Shown here piece after piece: positions 27,058 to 36,484 of a stretch of 51,879 nucleotides of DNA. The position numbers and the translations under genes are program-made. A model generated the notes under the pieces. It did not search any database. It was not told where the DNA came from and saw nothing but the letters and a program-made list of their open reading frames with translations. The DNA is from a virus: UHGV virus genome UHGV-0213324. The stretch is one strand, 5' to 3'. Position 1 is the stretch's first letter, and every line of letters begins with the position of its first letter.

Positions 27058-27474
27058 CTAGAAGAACGTATACCATATTTTTAGTGGTATTCCTTTTTCT
27101 TTAGCTAAAAACTCTAAATTTTCATAATTGTCCATATTGACATCATAAGTTAGAAATCTAATTGCAAATTCATTAGCTTCTTTTTCTAATCTTGTTTTAT
27201 AGATACGCTTTAAAAAGTTAAAATTAATGTTTTTATCATAATGTAGAATATAGTGTCCGAGTTCATGAGCAATCAAAAAATTCTCATAGCGCTCATCTAA
27301 ATTTGGGCGAACAAAAATATAACCATTACCATCAACAATCATTAATCGTGATTCTAGTGTTTTTGCTTTAAATTCTGTATACGCAATCTCTATATCTAGG
27401 TAATCGCATATTTCTTTAACATTGGTTGTATTATAGTTATTTACAATATTTTTTAGTTTTATCTTTAATTCCAT
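27058..27474 (-). CDS. ImmA/IrrE family metallopeptidase
   Basis: FLIAHELGH...EKEANEFA. Confidence 0.9.
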   Translation of the reverse strand: MELKIKLKNIVNNYNTTNVKEICDYLDIEIAYTEFKAKTLESRLMIVDGNGYIFVRPNLDERYENFLIAHELGHYILHYDKNINFNFLKRIYKTRLEKEANEFAIRFLTYDVNMDNYENLEFLAKEKGIPLKIWYTFF

Positions 27475-27504
27475 AGCACATTTCTCCCATTTAATAATTA
27501 TTTA

Positions 27505-28395
27505 TTATTTGTGCTTCCTCGAAACAATTTTCAAAATATCTTTTACATCTAATTTTAGGTTTTTTAATTTATCTCCATGTGCAATATCTATGTTTAAGAA
27601 TTTAATTACACTTTCTTGAGATAAGAATGTATCTAGGGCTTCATCAAACGTATCAGTACAATCTTTTTTTTCTTTACCAATCAGGTAATCACAAGTTACA
27701 TCAAAAAAATCAGACATTTTTAATAAAGTTGAAAAATCTGGTTCACGTTCACCATTTTCCCACTTGCTGATACTCCCGTTTGATACATTAAAAATCTTAG
27801 CTAATTCTAATTGGCTTAAGTTATTGGCTTTTCTTAAAGACTTAAGTCGTATTGAAAATTTTGTTTTTTCATTATTAATAGTGGAACAAGAACAATTATT
27901 ATCCAAAGATAGATTATTTTTTGCATTTGTAAAATAATCTAGACTAACATTGAAAAAATTAGCTATATTTATAATTCTTTCAAAATCCGGAATACGTCTA
28001 TTATGTTCAAATTGAGAAATTGTTGCCTTCGATTCATTTAAATTATACTTTTGGTTTAGCTGATTAGCCAATTCTTCTTGTGTTAACTTTTTATCTAATC
28101 TTAATTTCTTTAATTTTTGTGAAAAAAGATTTCTTATAACAGACTCATTTGAGATAGCTTCACAATGATCTGTTGACCGACACATTATATAATCTAATGT
28201 CACATTGAAAAAATCAGCAATTTTCACCATTTTATAAATTTCTGGTGTTCTTTTGTTATTAATATATTGCGAAATAGTAGCTTCTGAATCTGAATAGCCA
28301 TATTTTAAATTGAATTTTTCTGCAAACTCTTTTTGATTTAGTCCCTCTTTTTTTAAAAGTTTTTTTATTCTGTCACCAGGTTTATCGTTAATCAT
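27505..28395 (-). CDS. Xre-family regulator with three tandem HTH domains
   Basis: Three units of LK.LR....L.Q.ELA...ISQ/KWE...R.P...IA.FF.V.LDY. Confidence 0.88.
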   Translation of the reverse strand: MINDKPGDRIKKLLKKEGLNQKEFAEKFNLKYGYSDSEATISQYINNKRTPEIYKMVKIADFFNVTLDYIMCRSTDHCEAISNESVIRNLFSQKLKKLRLDKKLTQEELANQLNQKYNLNESKATISQFEHNRRIPDFERIINIANFFNVSLDYFTNAKNNLSLDNNCSCSTINNEKTKFSIRLKSLRKANNLSQLELAKIFNVSNGSISKWENGEREPDFSTLLKMSDFFDVTCDYLIGKEKKDCTDTFDEALDTFLSQESVIKFLNIDIAHGDKLKNLKLDVKDILKIVSRKHK

Positions 28396-28407
28396 AAAAT
28401 TTTTATT

Positions 28408-28839
28408 TTACTTTCTGTGTTTTCTAGAAACAATTTTTAGCATGTCTCCTACGTCTTCCGCCATTTCCATTATTTCATCATCAGACATAGTATCTAAATC
28501 ATATCCACCATAATCAGCAATCATTTCCTGTTTAAGAATAAAATTAAGGGCTTCTTGAGGTGTAGTAAAAGATTGGTATTCGTCAGCAAGGTTATTTACC
28601 TTTAAATAACCAGACATTTCCAAAAGATATTCTAATGAGACATGTAATGATTTACTAATATCACTCAACATTTCGATTGTGGGTGACACAGGCTTACCAG
28701 TATTAGGGTTGATTCCAGTTTCCAATTTTTTTAAATAAGTATGACTTATACCAATTAAATCAGCAAATTCCCTAAGACTCATATTTCTCTTTTTTCTCTC
28801 ATTAAGTAAATATTCCCCTAAACCGTTGTTATTACTCAC
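28408..28839 (-). CDS. CI-like (ImmR-like) repressor
   Basis: Xre HTH SLREFADLIGISHTYLKKLETG; divergent from the Cro-like gene. Confidence 0.85.
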   Translation of the reverse strand: MSNNNGLGEYLLNERKKRNMSLREFADLIGISHTYLKKLETGINPNTGKPVSPTIEMLSDISKSLHVSLEYLLEMSGYLKVNNLADEYQSFTTPQEALNFILKQEMIADYGGYDLDTMSDDEIMEMAEDVGDMLKIVSRKHRK

Positions 28840-28864
28840 TTTTTATCACCATCCTAATATTAGT

Positions 28865-28975
28865 GTAAACCACAGTTGACAAAAACACAAACAAAAAAGT
28901 ACATTTTACCGTTAATTAGAGTTGACAAAAAACGTTAACTATAGTAAACTTTTGTTTGTGGAAACAATATGTTAC
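28865..28975. promoter_or_regulatory. Lysis-lysogeny switch: operators and rightward promoter
   Basis: 16-bp quasi-palindromes GTwAAC-N4-GTwrAC at 28865, 28911 and 28934, variant at 28960, another at 29185; TTGACA(28922)-17-TAAACT. Confidence 0.7.
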
Positions 28976-28992
28976 AAAGAAGGAGGTAAAAA

Positions 28993-29181
28993 GTGAATAA
29001 AATAAGAGAGTTGCGAGAGAAACAAAATATGACACAGCAAGAATTGTCTAACAAGTCTGGAATAAGCCGTTCATACATATCACAATTAGAAAACAATAGT
29101 CATCTTATTGTTAAAAGTTCCACAATGGTTGCAATAGCTAAGGCTTTAAAAAAACCAGTAAGTGCTATTTTTTTTAAATGA
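28993..29181 (+). CDS. Cro-like HTH regulator
   Basis: 62 aa Xre HTH; AAGGAGG RBS. Confidence 0.88.
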   Translation: MNKIRELREKQNMTQQELSNKSGISRSYISQLENNSHLIVKSSTMVAIAKALKKPVSAIFFK

Positions 29182-29325
29182 TTTGTTAACTAAATGTTAC
29201 AAATTTGAATATTTTGTTTCAAAAGCACAACTAAATTATAACTCTAAATAAAAATGAGTGTCTTTAAAAGATACATATTAAAAGTTATAAAAACGGAGTT
29301 AAAAAGAAAAAGGAGAAGTATAAAT

Positions 29326-29499
29326 ATGAAAGAGGATGAATTTCAAAAAGTAAAAGCCTTTGCTAACACAGTTTTGCAGGAATGTGAAAACAAAGGTTTG
29401 ACAAATAAGGAAGTGGAATATTTTAAAGAATACTTACCAAAATTAATCCAAATAAAACTTGAAGAAAATTATCTGAATGCCTATTTTAAAATTTATTAA
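29326..29499 (+). CDS. Hypothetical protein
   Basis: AAGGAG RBS, ATG 29326. Confidence 0.5.
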   Translation: MKEDEFQKVKAFANTVLQECENKGLTNKEVEYFKEYLPKLIQIKLEENYLNAYFKIY

Positions 29500-29809
29500 T
29501 CAGAGCAAGAATTGATATTAAAATTGCAAAAACTGAAAGTGTACTAGAAATGATAATTGGTAACCAAAAACGATAGGAATTAAGTTTTGAGGTGTTGATG
29601 TATTCAAAACCTTTAATAGTTAATTCATATGAAATAAAAACACCTACTTTTTTGAAGCGTTTTGATATTAGTTTTTCTTCAACTAGTATTTCCAAATCGT
29701 CGTTAAGATTGTCAATTGATTCACAATCTATCTTTTTTGCAATCTCAGTAGATAAAGCAATTGGTTCAAGTTGATTTATTGCTTTTAAAATATCTAATTT
29801 TGTATACAA
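29486..29809 (-). CDS. Winged-helix-like protein with C-terminal TM helix (moron)
   Basis: GAGGAGG RBS and TATAAT on the minus strand; YELTIKGFEY then a hydrophobic tail. Confidence 0.6.
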   Translation of the reverse strand: MYTKLDILKAINQLEPIALSTEIAKKIDCESIDNLNDDLEILVEEKLISKRFKKVGVFISYELTIKGFEYINTSKLNSYRFWLPIIISSTLSVFAILISILALINKF

Positions 29810-30043
29810 ATTTTTAACCTCCTCTCATGAAAATTATAGCATGAATGGGGTTATATAAAAATATCGTGGGGCAGGTATGAGGGAATTATTTAATTATTAG
29901 ATTGATACAAATACCATTATTAAAAACTCCAAAACTACAGTGAATAAATCGATTAAATAAGTTTCCAATTTAACACACACGAATAGTGGATAGTTTCCTC
30001 ATACTTGCCTCATGGTAAGAAAAATTAAGAAAGGAGTGATCGT

Positions 30044-30427
30044 ATGAGCGAAAATGAAGAATTAAAAAAAGAAGTCGAGGAATTAAGAAAAATTGTAGAA
30101 GATTTAAAAACTGGAAGTATACGAATTGAATCTAATATTTCTAAATTACACAGATTAAAACAAGAAATTGTTAATGAGCTTCTTAAAGACGAAAAAGAAC
30201 CTTATACAATTTGGAGAGTACGTAGGTTTGCAGGTGAATTTGCACTCGACATATTTGATGATAAATATCCAATGCAGGAAAGAAAATTACATGTAAAAAC
30301 AGCTAACAGGATATTTGGTTATCCAGATGAAGAAGAAAGACTTCAGTATTATTTAGAAACCTATAAGCAGTGTATTAAGTTTGTTATAGATATGACTAGA
30401 AAATCTAGAGAGGATGCAATTATATGA
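30044..30427 (+). CDS. Hypothetical early protein
   Basis: AAGGAG RBS. Confidence 0.55.
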   Translation: MSENEELKKEVEELRKIVEDLKTGSIRIESNISKLHRLKQEIVNELLKDEKEPYTIWRVRRFAGEFALDIFDDKYPMQERKLHVKTANRIFGYPDEEERLQYYLETYKQCIKFVIDMTRKSREDAII

Positions 30428-31125
30428 ACGAACTTTTAAAAGTTAATTATGATAATGAGCGCATTACATTATCAGCAAGACAGTTACATGAGTTTTTAGA
30501 AGTAGGAAGCAAATATAACGATTGGTTTAAAAGAATGTGTGAGTATGGTTTTAATGAAAATTTAGACTATAGAGCTATTACTCAAAAAAGAGTAACAGCT
30601 CAAGGGAATGAAACAAAGTTTATGGATCATGAAATCACACTAGATATGGCCAAAGAAATTGCAATGCTCCAACGCAATGAAAGGGGCAAGGAAGCTCGTC
30701 AATATTTTATTGAAGTTGAGAAACAATGGAACAGTCCAGAAAGAATAATTGCTAGAGGTTTGATAGAAAGTCAAAAAATGATTGAAAATCTTAATCAGCA
30801 AGTTATTGAAATGAAGTCTAAAGCAGAGTTCTTTGATGCAGTAGCCAGTAGTAAAACTGCTATACAAATGGCGGATGTCGCTAAAGTGCTGGATTATCCA
30901 GGATATGGAAGAAATCGTCTGTTTGAGTTTTTAAGAAATAAAAAGGTGCTGATGCATAATAATCAACCATATCAGAAATATATTGATTGTGGATATTTTA
31001 GAGTTGTTGAACAGAAGTATACGAAACCAAATAGCGAAACAGCCATAAATATTAAAACTTTGGTTTATCAAAAAGGAGTTAATTACATAAAAAAGTTATT
31101 GGATAAAGAACATGAACTTACATAA
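30424..31125 (+). CDS. Antirepressor (AntA/AntB N-domain plus KilAC/ANT C-domain)
   Basis: SARQLHEFLEV...DMAKEIAM...ARQYFI; GRNRLFEFLR...PYQKY. Confidence 0.9.
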   Translation: MNELLKVNYDNERITLSARQLHEFLEVGSKYNDWFKRMCEYGFNENLDYRAITQKRVTAQGNETKFMDHEITLDMAKEIAMLQRNERGKEARQYFIEVEKQWNSPERIIARGLIESQKMIENLNQQVIEMKSKAEFFDAVASSKTAIQMADVAKVLDYPGYGRNRLFEFLRNKKVLMHNNQPYQKYIDCGYFRVVEQKYTKPNSETAINIKTLVYQKGVNYIKKLLDKEHELT

Positions 31126-31157
31126 GTGCATATGTTTAATCAAGGAGGTTAGGAAAA

Positions 31158-31343
31158 GTGATAAAGATGCAGATTGATGAAAATACAATTGTTTATCGTC
31201 CTGATGTGCCAGATAGAAATGCACTTATTGAATTGTATGACATTTTAAACCAAGTAAATATGAGAGAAAAAAGAAACGACCTGTTCTACACAGAAGAACA
31301 AGTCGCTGAGTTAAAGAAAGATACTCGCAATACCTTTCTTTAA
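31158..31343 (+). CDS. Hypothetical protein
   Basis: AAGGAGG RBS. Confidence 0.55.
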   Translation: MIKMQIDENTIVYRPDVPDRNALIELYDILNQVNMREKRNDLFYTEEQVAELKKDTRNTFL

Positions 31344-31406
31344 AAATTGGTCGAGAGACCAATACATAACACCTTCATTATAGAGGGTTTTAGGAGGAAA
31401 GTCAAA

Positions 31407-31874
31407 ATGATTAATAAGGAAAGTACAAAAGCCGGCGTAATAGTGATGGCAATGATATTAGCTATGTTTGCTTTAGCTGGAATTCTTGCAAAGGGATGTG
31501 AACGTATAGATGCAACATGGGAAGAACAGTACCCCACGGAAGTGCGTGAAGTTGTTGCTAGAGGTGTTAGAGAGATACCCGCTTGAACTTCATTGGGAAT
31601 ATTCAAAATCACAAATTATTGTACGTGTAAGGAATGTAATGGTCCATGGGTAGGTTATCCAACAAAACTAGGAACTGAATATGTAGAAGGACGAACGATT
31701 GGTGTAGATACTTCAATAATTCCTTTAGGAAGTGAAGTTTTAATTGATGGTCATATATACATTGCTGAGGACACTGGATCGTTTGAAGGCAAAATAATTG
31801 ATGTTTACGTCACTGATCATTCGAAATTCGATAGAAAATATTTAGAAGTTTTTATAAGGAATAAGGAGGATTAG
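31407..31874 (+). pseudogene. Membrane-anchored 3D-domain protein interrupted by an in-frame TGA at 31584-86
   Basis: The two ORFs are in the same frame; ...EIPA*TSLGIFKITNYC...GVD..IPLGS...AEDTG...IDVY. Confidence 0.7.
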
Positions 31875-31876
31875 AA

Positions 31877-32035
31877 ATGAGTAAAGAGGTATTGGAAAAT
31901 CAAATTTGGGAGCTTGAAAGACAGTTAAATATTCTTCAATGCAAAGATCGTTTCGATGATGAAGATTATGATTTGCAAAGAAATCTTAATCGCCAAATTG
32001 CTGTTAAAAAGAAAGAACTGGAGGCATTGGAATGA
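31877..32035 (+). CDS. Small hypothetical protein
   Basis: AAGGAGG RBS; 52 aa coiled coil. Confidence 0.5.
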   Translation: MSKEVLENQIWELERQLNILQCKDRFDDEDYDLQRNLNRQIAVKKKELEALE

Positions 32036-32193
32036 CAGATATAAAACAAGCAAATTTACTTGAATATTTAAGACACATTAGAAAAGGTGCATTAACAAAA
32101 GATGCTAAAGAAACGCTAGTTAAAACAGTTAAAGAAACTTACACAGTAGAAGAAATTGAACGAGCAAACGCGATATTAGATGTTAGCGAATAA
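32032..32193 (+). CDS. Small hypothetical protein
   Basis: GGAGG RBS; ATGA overlap with the upstream gene; also overlaps the YqaJ gene. Confidence 0.5.
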   Translation: MTDIKQANLLEYLRHIRKGALTKDAKETLVKTVKETYTVEEIERANAILDVSE

Positions 32194-32905
32194 AGACTTT
32201 GATTATATAAGTTTCTTTAACAACTGCGATATAGATTTTGTAAAAAATGATGAACATTGGCATGAGTTAAGAAATAAAGGTATTGGCGGTAGTGATGCCG
32301 GCATAGTGATGAATGTTAGTAATTATAAAAGACCATACGAACTATGGGAAGAAAAAACAGGACAAGTTAAAGCATCGTTTATTACAAACAAGGCAATTGA
32401 AAAGGGAAACGCCTTAGAACCTGTTATGTTTAATCTTTTTAAGATTTTGTACAGTGACAAATATGAAGTTATAGATACTAAAGATATTAGTTTGTCTAAT
32501 AAGCAATTCCCGTTCATGAGAGCTAATTTAGACGGGGCTTTAATTAACAAGGCTACAAGTAAAAAAGGTATTTTGGAAATTAAATCTACAACAATTCAAA
32601 ATGCTGCAATGCTTAAACAGTGGTCCAAAGATAACATGCCTATTACATATTTCTTTCAATGTTTGCATTACTTGAATACAACTCAGTTTAATTTTGCAGT
32701 GCTATATGCAATTTTAGATATTCCATGGGCTAATGATGGAGACGGGAAACAAGAGACAAGAATTATCTATATGGACCGTGAAACATTAGGGCAGGATATT
32801 GATTTATTGGTTAAAACTGAACTTTGGTTCTGGAAAAAAGTTATTCACTTAGATCCACCACCGTTCAGTGAAAATAGAAATTTAGAACTTAAGGAGGTTA
32901 ATTAA
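32180..32905 (+). CDS. YqaJ-like viral recombinase exonuclease
   Basis: WHELRNKGIGGSD, G.ALEP, MRANLDG, ILEIKS, Y..Q..HY. Confidence 0.92.
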   Translation: MLANKDFDYISFFNNCDIDFVKNDEHWHELRNKGIGGSDAGIVMNVSNYKRPYELWEEKTGQVKASFITNKAIEKGNALEPVMFNLFKILYSDKYEVIDTKDISLSNKQFPFMRANLDGALINKATSKKGILEIKSTTIQNAAMLKQWSKDNMPITYFFQCLHYLNTTQFNFAVLYAILDIPWANDGDGKQETRIIYMDRETLGQDIDLLVKTELWFWKKVIHLDPPPFSENRNLELKEVN

Positions 32906-32907
32906 AA

Positions 32908-34362
32908 ATGAATGATTTACAAAACAAGCTGTTAGGTGGTTATGCAGCGGTAAGGATTGCCGGCAAAGAAGAATTCGAAAAAGTTATTGAATGGTTAGCT
33001 ATTAAAAACTGTTTTCTAGCTAATAAAGAACCTGTAAGCAAAATGAATTATCCAGGGGATGCAATATTTGTATTGTATCGTGCAGATGATGGTTTTATAT
33101 GGTGGGCGCCGGTGGCAGATATTGATACAAATACGTACCAATTAGTTGATGTTAAACAATTAGAACTGAATCTGATTGATGATCAAAAAATTATTGAAGC
33201 AAATGCAACAGTCACAGGTGAAATTGTTGAGCTGAATGAAAAAGCCTTAACACTTGTTACTAACACGAAACCAGAGGGAGCGACAATTGATTCCAACGTT
33301 GATAGCTTGGTTTCCTTAATTCCAGTTATTCAATCAAAAGCTAATGTTGTAGTTACAGAAGAAAATTATAAAAGCTTTATTGCTAAAGGCACGGGAGTTG
33401 TTCCCGAATTAAGAAAGTGGGCAAAAGCCATTGACGATGAAAGAAAACGTTCCAAAAAAGTATATATGGATTCGTTTAATACATACGAGAACAAAGTAAA
33501 AAGTGTTGTAGAGGCACTTAATACTACAGCTCAAAAAATTGCAGATGATGTTGATGTTTATATCCAAGAGAAAAAAGATAAGCTTCGCAAGGAAAGAGAA
33601 GGAATTATTGAGCAGCTTAAAGAAGTACTCATAAAAAAAGAAATGATTTCAAGGGAGTATGCTAATAAGTTTGTATTTGATGAAAAATGGCTAAATGCAT
33701 CATGCTCAAATAAAAAATTTCAAAGTGAGGCTGAAACCCAGTTTAATGACCTAATGAATCAGGAAAATCTATACAAAAAAGATATGGAGCTTATTGAAAG
33801 TACCATCATTAATACATGCACTATGGTTGGGGTAGATGAAAAGTTAATAAGTCGTGAAAAATATAAGCTTCAGTATCAAGTGGGTAATAATCTTGGCGAT
33901 ATTACAAAGAATATTACAGATGAAATAAACGCTTTAAAAACACAAAAAGAAGCACTTAAAGCTGAAGCAGAGAAGGAATTACAACATCAAAAAGTACAGC
34001 TTGAAACACAACATAAAAAGGAACTTGAAAAAGTACAACAAGAAGCGGTTCAACAACCATCAATTGAACCTAATAAAGATGAACAGATATTTAAACGTGG
34101 TGATGAAATTATTGCTAAAACAACTGGAAAATATGTTGTTACAGAAATTAAAGAAACACCTGAAAAATTTAATGGTAAAACATGGACTAAAACATTTGAG
34201 TTTACAGGAGATTTAGCATCACTACAAATGTTGAATAGATACATGGAATTTCTAAAACAAAGTAAAGAATTTGATTTTAATGAAGTAAAAATGATTGAAA
34301 AAGAGCTAGTTGAGCCAGAAACAGGAACGGTTAGTAAATACAATGTAAAGGAGATTAATTAA
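32908..34362 (+). CDS. DUF1351-like coiled-coil protein with N-terminal extension
   Basis: VVTEEN...AIDDERKR.KK.Y...F; between the exonuclease and RecT genes. Confidence 0.6.
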   Translation: MNDLQNKLLGGYAAVRIAGKEEFEKVIEWLAIKNCFLANKEPVSKMNYPGDAIFVLYRADDGFIWWAPVADIDTNTYQLVDVKQLELNLIDDQKIIEANATVTGEIVELNEKALTLVTNTKPEGATIDSNVDSLVSLIPVIQSKANVVVTEENYKSFIAKGTGVVPELRKWAKAIDDERKRSKKVYMDSFNTYENKVKSVVEALNTTAQKIADDVDVYIQEKKDKLRKEREGIIEQLKEVLIKKEMISREYANKFVFDEKWLNASCSNKKFQSEAETQFNDLMNQENLYKKDMELIESTIINTCTMVGVDEKLISREKYKLQYQVGNNLGDITKNITDEINALKTQKEALKAEAEKELQHQKVQLETQHKKELEKVQQEAVQQPSIEPNKDEQIFKRGDEIIAKTTGKYVVTEIKETPEKFNGKTWTKTFEFTGDLASLQMLNRYMEFLKQSKEFDFNEVKMIEKELVEPETGTVSKYNVKEIN

Positions 34363-34363
34363 C

Positions 34364-35329
34364 ATGGCAATGCAAAGTAAAGTGGCAAAAAATCAAACAA
34401 AGTCAACTGGAATTAAGGTATTTAATAATTTAATCAATAGTGATTTAATGAGAACAAAAATTCATCAAATGGTTGGTGCGACTGATTCACAGGAATTTAT
34501 TACAAGTATTACAAGTGCAGTCAACACAAACCCTGCACTCGCTGAATGTGATCCGCAGACAATCATTAGTGCAGCATTATTAGGGCAGTCATTACATTTA
34601 AAACCTAGTCCACAACTTGGATATTTCTATATGGTTCCATTTAACAATCGTAAGAAAGGGACTAAAGAAGCACAATTTCAACTTGGATACAAAGGATATT
34701 TACAACTGGCTATTAGAACTGGTGAATATATTGATATTGATGCTATTGAAATTAAAGAGGGCGAATATAAAGGACGTGACAAGTTCACGGGTAGACCTAA
34801 ATTTGAATTCGTAGAAGATGATGATATCAGAGAGAATCTCCCAGTTGTTGGATATATGGCATATTTTGAAATGAAAAACGGTTATATTAAACGACTTTAC
34901 TGGTCAAAGACAAAAATGGAAAATCATGCTGATACGTATTCAATGGCGTTTGATTTGGAAAAGTATCATGATTTACAAGAAGGAAAAATTCCACAAAGCG
35001 AACAGTGGAAGTACAGTTCATTCTGGTACAAGAATTTTGATGAAATGGCAAAGAAAACGATGCTAAGACAATTATTATCTAAACATGGTTTATTAAGTAC
35101 CGAAATGCAAAAAGCAGTTGAATCCGATCAAGCCGTTATTACAAAAGATTTACAACCAGAGTATGTTGATAATGAAAACGTAATTGATAATGCAGCGATC
35201 GAAAAAGAGCAAACTCAATCTATTGAGGAAAACTCAGCACCAACTGTTGAAGAAGTTATGAATCAAGTAAATCAAGCTCAACCTGAACCTGAACCGGTGC
35301 TAGAGGACATTGATCCAATGCAGATGTAA
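34364..35329 (+). CDS. recT: RecT-family single-strand annealing protein
   Basis: LGYFYMVPF, AQFQLGYKGYLQLAIRTG, FDEMAKKT.LRQLL. Confidence 0.92.
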   Translation: MAMQSKVAKNQTKSTGIKVFNNLINSDLMRTKIHQMVGATDSQEFITSITSAVNTNPALAECDPQTIISAALLGQSLHLKPSPQLGYFYMVPFNNRKKGTKEAQFQLGYKGYLQLAIRTGEYIDIDAIEIKEGEYKGRDKFTGRPKFEFVEDDDIRENLPVVGYMAYFEMKNGYIKRLYWSKTKMENHADTYSMAFDLEKYHDLQEGKIPQSEQWKYSSFWYKNFDEMAKKTMLRQLLSKHGLLSTEMQKAVESDQAVITKDLQPEYVDNENVIDNAAIEKEQTQSIEENSAPTVEEVMNQVNQAQPEPEPVLEDIDPMQM

Positions 35330-35342
35330 GGAAGAATTATAA

Positions 35343-35660
35343 ATGGCAAAAGAGGTAGATACAAAAGGCTACATAAAATTGTATAGAAAGGCACAGGATA
35401 CCAAAGTATTTAAGAACCCTCATGCGTGGCAATTATTTACGTACTGCCTCTTTAACGCCAAATTTAGTGGTTCAGAGGCAGGAACTTTTGAAACAACTCA
35501 AGAAAAAATAAAAAAAGATTTGAATATGAGTAGACCGTCAATAGTTAAATTTATGAAAATCCTAAAAGAAAATAATTGTATTGATTATAAATCAATCAAG
35601 GGAACCGGTGGCAGAACTGTAATAAAAATAATAAATTATAAAAAATATCAAGGTATCTAA
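35343..35660 (+). CDS. Replication initiator N-terminal (wHTH) protein
   Basis: GYIKLYRK...L.TYCL..A...I.IINYKKYQ; directly followed by iterons. Confidence 0.75.
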   Translation: MAKEVDTKGYIKLYRKAQDTKVFKNPHAWQLFTYCLFNAKFSGSEAGTFETTQEKIKKDLNMSRPSIVKFMKILKENNCIDYKSIKGTGGRTVIKIINYKKYQGI

Positions 35661-35800
35661 TGTAAATAAGTTTTACATTGAATGTAAACGAGATTTACAT
35701 TGAATGTTAACCAATTTTACATTGAATGTAAACGAGATTTACATTTCTACATTATATATAAGAACGATAAGAACGTATAAGAACGGTAAGAACGTATATA
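35659..35800. repeat. Probable replication origin: four 22-bp palindromic iterons plus four TAAGAACG repeats
   Basis: AATGTwAA-N5-TTTACATT(G) at 35659, 35681, 35703 and 35725; four TAAGAACG copies at ~35760-35800. Confidence 0.85.
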
Positions 35801-35872
35801 TAGTTCGATTTAAGAATTTTCTTAAGAAATTATTTGGCTGATTTTTAAACAAAAATGTGAGGTGATTAAAAA

Positions 35873-36484
35873 ATGGCTAAATTTAGTAAAAATACGATTT
35901 TGCTAAATCAGGAATTTTTTGAAAATACAAAAATACAAGAGTTGATAAATAATGAACTTGGATATAAAGCGTTGTTTATGTTTATGAGATTATGTGTGTT
36001 GGATTGTAATACAACAAATGTAATTGAATGCATGAAGATATTTAAAAATGATGATTACGAAGAAATCAAAACACTGCTATTAATTCTTAATGAGTATAAC
36101 TTACTAAGAAGCAACGACAGTATAAATTTTAAACTGGTATTAGATGATCTAAAATTCAATAATCCGAGAGATAAAGATAATTACATAAAAGCTCGAAAAG
36201 AAATAATTGATTATTTAAATCAACGAGCTGGTACAAATTACCGTGCAAATGCCGAAAAGGCTAAAAAACATATTAATGCTAGGCTGAATGAAAAGTACAC
36301 GGTAGATGATTTTAAAAAAGTTATTGATAAAAAGTGCAATGAATGGATAGGAACCGAATATGAAAAATTCTTAAGGCCTGAGACATTGTTCGGATCTAAG
36401 TTTGAAGGATATCTTAATCAAAACATTCGTACTAAGTCGGTTAAATACGGATACAATCCGTTCCTTAATGATTTAATTGGGTGA
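35873..36484 (+). CDS. Replisome organiser with conserved phage C-terminal domain (Phg_2220_C-like)
   Basis: IIDYLNQRAGTNY...DFKKVIDKK...LRPETLFGSKFEGYLN. Confidence 0.85.
   Translation: MAKFSKNTILLNQEFFENTKIQELINNELGYKALFMFMRLCVLDCNTTNVIECMKIFKNDDYEEIKTLLLILNEYNLLRSNDSINFKLVLDDLKFNNPRDKDNYIKARKEIIDYLNQRAGTNYRANAEKAKKHINARLNEKYTVDDFKKVIDKKCNEWIGTEYEKFLRPETLFGSKFEGYLNQNIRTKSVKYGYNPFLNDLIG

Noticed and set aside
31584..31586. Genome-wide stop-codon reassignment
   Set aside because: Only one in-frame TGA interruption was seen; TGA, TAG and TAA all end normal genes, and the only tRNA is Ser(GCT), not a suppressor.
35659..35800. CRISPR-like array
   Set aside because: The repeats are contiguous, with no unique spacers and no cas genes; position and palindromy fit replication iterons.
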